From: Candidatus Omnitrophota bacterium
GTDB lineage: Bacteria; Omnitrophota; Gorgyraeia; Gygaellales; Profunditerraquicolaceae
NCBI GenBank assembly: GCA_028716245.1
Contig: JAQUQW010000001.1
Span: 232,793-296,792, forward strand
DNA: 64,000 nt
Direction of reading: 5' to 3'
Position numbers and translations under genes: made by a program. Shown here one piece after another: positions 61,137-64,000 of this stretch (its first letter is position 1; every line of letters begins with the position of its first letter). The notes beneath the pieces were generated by a model. The model was not told the DNA's origin and did not search any database. It worked only from the letters and a program-made list of their open reading frames with translations.

Positions 61137-62435
61137 ATGAATATCTCAATTATTGGTTCAGGTTATGTCGGATTAGTCAGCGGCGCTTGTTTTGCTGAAC
61201 TGGGAAACCATGTTATTTGCGCTGACAATGACAAGAAGAAGATTAACGGGCTTAAGAAAGGGATAGTCCCTATTTATGAGCCGGGCTTACAGGAGCTGAT
61301 TACCAATAACCTTAAGAATAAAAGGCTTAAATTTACCTCCAGCATTAAGGATGCGGTAGAAGCCAGTGAAGTAATTTTTATTGCCGTAGGGACTCCGGCT
61401 CTGGAAAATGGCGAAGCGGATTTAACCGGCATCGAAAATGTTGCCCGCAACATTGCCCAGAATATGGACGGCTACCGTTTAATTGTTGAAAAATCTACCG
61501 TGCCGGTTGAGACCTGCGCCTGGATCAAGAAAACAATTGCTACTTATATTAAAAATAAGCATAAGTTTGATGTGGTTTCTAATCCGGAGTTTTTACGGGA
61601 GGGTTCGGCAATTAATGATTTCAATCATTCGGATCGCATTGTTTTAGGAGTAGAAAGTATTAGGGCCAGACAGATAATGACTGATCTTTATCAACCTTTG
61701 AACAGGCCTATTTTAATTACCAATATTAAATCCGCTGAATTGATCAAACACGCTTCCAATGCTTTCCTGGCGACTAAAATCTCTTTTATTAACGCCTTAT
61801 CCCGTATTTGCGACCGGGTGGGGGCCGATGTTAAAGAAGTGGCCCAGGGCATGGGCCTGGATAACCGTATTGGCCGTCATTTTTTGCATGCCGGGATCGG
61901 CTATGGCGGTTCTTGTTTTCCCAAAGACATTGAAGCCTTTATTACTATCGCGGATAAATTAGGTTACGATTTTCAAATTCTTAAAGCGGTAAGGGATACT
62001 AATGATGAACAAAAGAAATATGTTTTGCAAAAAATCAAGGATAGCCTCTGGATTATCAAAGATAAAACAATTGCTGTTTTGGGCCTGGCCTTTAAGCCGA
62101 ATACCGATGATTTAAGGAATTCTTCCAGTATTGATTTAATTAACGCCTTGGCGCAAGAGGGGGCCAAGATCAAAGTTTATGACCCCAAGGCAATGGAGAA
62201 AGCAAGAAGAGTTTTAAAAGATGTAATCTTCTGTAAAAATCCATACCAGGCGGCATTAAATTCCGATTGCCTTATTATTGCCACAGAATGGAATGAATTT
62301 AAAGAACTGGATTTTAGAAAATTAAAAAAGAAGTTAAAACGAGCCTTGATCGTAGATGGAAGGAATATTTATGATTCCAAGCTGCTTAAAAAACTCGGTT
62401 TTACTTACGTCGGTATAGGAAGGGGTAATGCATAA
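61137..62435 (+). CDS. ugd: UDP-glucose 6-dehydrogenase
   Basis: IIGSGYVGL Rossmann fold and GYGGSCFPKD catalytic Cys motif. Confidence 0.85.
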   Translation: MNISIIGSGYVGLVSGACFAELGNHVICADNDKKKINGLKKGIVPIYEPGLQELITNNLKNKRLKFTSSIKDAVEASEVIFIAVGTPALENGEADLTGIENVARNIAQNMDGYRLIVEKSTVPVETCAWIKKTIATYIKNKHKFDVVSNPEFLREGSAINDFNHSDRIVLGVESIRARQIMTDLYQPLNRPILITNIKSAELIKHASNAFLATKISFINALSRICDRVGADVKEVAQGMGLDNRIGRHFLHAGIGYGGSCFPKDIEAFITIADKLGYDFQILKAVRDTNDEQKKYVLQKIKDSLWIIKDKTIAVLGLAFKPNTDDLRNSSSIDLINALAQEGAKIKVYDPKAMEKARRVLKDVIFCKNPYQAALNSDCLIIATEWNEFKELDFRKLKKKLKRALIVDGRNIYDSKLLKKLGFTYVGIGRGNA

Positions 62436-63738
62436 AGTCTTGCTGGATTTAGGCAAAAAAATAAAAAATCGACAGCTAGAGTTGGCCGTTGTCGGTTTGG
62501 GCTATGTGGGATTTCCTTTGGCTTTAGAATTTGCCAAGAAAGGCATCAAGGTAACTGGGATTGAAATAGATTCCGGCCGCCTAAGTTCTATTGCCAGGCG
62601 AAAGTCTTATATTAGCGATATTAGCAGTAATGAGTTAAAAGATGCGCTGGAGAGCGGATATTTTAGGGCCAGCGCGGATTTTTCGGATATCCGCCAGGCC
62701 GATGTTGTCTTAATTTGCGTGCCCACCCCGCTTAAAGGAAAATATTTGCCGGATATTTCTTTTATTAAGAATGCGGTTAGAGCGGTGGCAGCGCATATGA
62801 GAAACGGGGCGCTGGTTATTTTAGAAAGTACCACCTATCCCGGGACTACAGAAGAGGAAATTTTGCCAATTTTCCAAAACAGCGGTTTTAAGCATGGGAA
62901 AGATTTTTATCTTTGTTTTTCACCGGAAAGGATTGATCCGGGCAATAAAAAATTCCCCGTGCATAAAATCCCTAAGGTCGTCGGCGGCCTTAACCGCCAA
63001 GCTACGCAACTTGCCACGGCGGTTTACCGGATTATTATTAAACAGGTTGTCCCGGTAAGCAGCGCCCGGGCCGCCGAAACCGTGAAGCTTCTTGAAAATA
63101 CCTTCCGCCTGATTAATATCGGGTTAATCGATGAGTTATCGATGATGGCGCATAAAATGAAAATTGATATCTGGGAGGTAATCCAGGCAGCCAGCACCAA
63201 ACCGTTTGGTTTTATGCCTTTTTATCCCGGGCCCGGGGTAGGCGGCCACTGTATTCCCAAAGACCCCTTGTATTTGCATTGGAAAGCAAAAAGTTTCGGT
63301 TTTCATTCGCGTTTTATTCAACTGGCCTCAGATGTGATAAATTATATGCCGGTTTATGTCGTAAAACGGATCAAGGAAGCCTTGGCAGAAGATAAGCGTA
63401 AACTTAAAGGAGCAAAAATATTAGTTATTGGCGTAACTTATAAGAGAGATGTTAAAGACTTGCGTAAATCTCCGGGTGTTGATGTGATCAACTGCCTGAA
63501 AAAACAGGGTGTCCAGGTTTCCTACTTTGACCCGCTAATACCCTTTTTAAAAGTAAAAGGCCTGGATTTAAAATCCGTCAAATTAAATAACAAAAAAATA
63601 AATGAATTTGATTGCGTATTGATCGCTACCGACCATACCGGAGTGGATTATGCGTCTTTATTAAATAACGCGAAATTAATTTTTGATTCCCGGAATGTTT
63701 ATAAGGGAAAGAATAAAGAAAAGGTGCATAGGTTATGA
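62428..63738 (+). CDS. UDP-N-acetyl-D-glucosamine/mannosamine 6-dehydrogenase (WecC/TviB/CapL family)
   Basis: GLGYVGFPLA and GGHCIPKDP motifs. Confidence 0.8.
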   Translation: MHKVLLDLGKKIKNRQLELAVVGLGYVGFPLALEFAKKGIKVTGIEIDSGRLSSIARRKSYISDISSNELKDALESGYFRASADFSDIRQADVVLICVPTPLKGKYLPDISFIKNAVRAVAAHMRNGALVILESTTYPGTTEEEILPIFQNSGFKHGKDFYLCFSPERIDPGNKKFPVHKIPKVVGGLNRQATQLATAVYRIIIKQVVPVSSARAAETVKLLENTFRLINIGLIDELSMMAHKMKIDIWEVIQAASTKPFGFMPFYPGPGVGGHCIPKDPLYLHWKAKSFGFHSRFIQLASDVINYMPVYVVKRIKEALAEDKRKLKGAKILVIGVTYKRDVKDLRKSPGVDVINCLKKQGVQVSYFDPLIPFLKVKGLDLKSVKLNNKKINEFDCVLIATDHTGVDYASLLNNAKLIFDSRNVYKGKNKEKVHRL

Positions 63739-64000
63739 GCAGGTTTTTAGTAACCGGAGGCGCGGGTTTTATCGGTTCGCATATTGTCGAAGCATTGGTT
63801 GAGCAGGGCCATTATGTGCGCGTTTTGGATAATTTCTCCAATGGAAAATTTTCCAATCTTAAGAATTTTAAAGAAAAGATCGATTTAATTAAGGGGGATA
63901 TTTGTTCTAAATCCATTTGTATCAAGGCAACAAAAAACATCGATTTTGTTTTGCATCAGGCTGCTTTAAGAAGCGTGCCAAAGTCCATGAAAGAGCCTCA
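63735..64000 (+). CDS. NAD-dependent nucleotide-sugar epimerase (TviC/WbpP/CapD-like). The 3' end is cut by the window edge.
   Basis: MSRFLVTGGAGFIGSH Rossmann N-terminus. It directly follows the TviB-like gene. Confidence 0.7.
   Translation, partial: MSRFLVTGGAGFIGSHIVEALVEQGHYVRVLDNFSNGKFSNLKNFKEKIDLIKGDICSKSICIKATKNIDFVLHQAALRSVPKSMKEP

Overview
The window is 64 kb from what looks like an uncultivated diderm bacterium; LptD and SPOR proteins are present, and GC content is moderate to low. Gene orientation is extreme: about 75 genes lie on the + strand and only one clear gene lies on the - strand. In order along the window: (1) A large sulfur-assimilation cluster whose first gene is cut by the window edge. 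It runs ThiF/MoeZ-like E1, JAMM/MPN protease, a sulfite reductase fused to a C-terminal TusA-like domain, the siroheme-branch genes (cobA-hemD fusion, hemB, hemL), then metY, cysK, metX and metW. This resembles the protein-thiocarboxylate-dependent methionine/cysteine route described in Wolinella and Mycobacterium. (2) A 4-OT tautomerase ORF, a clear TPP riboswitch with a terminator-type expression platform, and thiS-thiG-thiH. (3) A BNR/Asp-box repeat secreted protein and a roughly 325-nt structured intergenic region. (4) trxA, a split pta (DRTGG-domain gene plus catalytic gene), ackA, panD, def, trxB, GTP-PEPCK and purC. (5) Membrane and unknown proteins, a GC-rich MFS transporter, and a CLC channel flanked by two copies of a roughly 45-nt motif. 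(6) A roughly 14-kb integrated element at about 29.7-43.6 kb. It carries a leaderless excisionase-like HTH gene plus a TAG-interrupted paralog, a small resolvase, a lambda-O-like replication initiator, a Terminase_2 small subunit, several large unknown proteins that share an internal module, and a large serine recombinase. The recombinase's 3' end overlaps the 5' end of miaB. There is no terminase large subunit, portal, capsid or tail gene, so this looks like a phage-satellite-like island. (7) miaB, a TPR/SPOR protein, miaA (N-terminus frameshifted at an A10 tract), hflX, a CIRCE-like site upstream of hrcA-grpE-dnaK-dnaJ, an FmdB-like zinc ribbon, a DUF1015 protein, accD, an orphan MalK-like ABC ATPase, two tandem GGDEF cyclases, a ROK glucokinase, lptD and three nucleotide-sugar enzymes. 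No rRNA, tRNA or CRISPR array was found.
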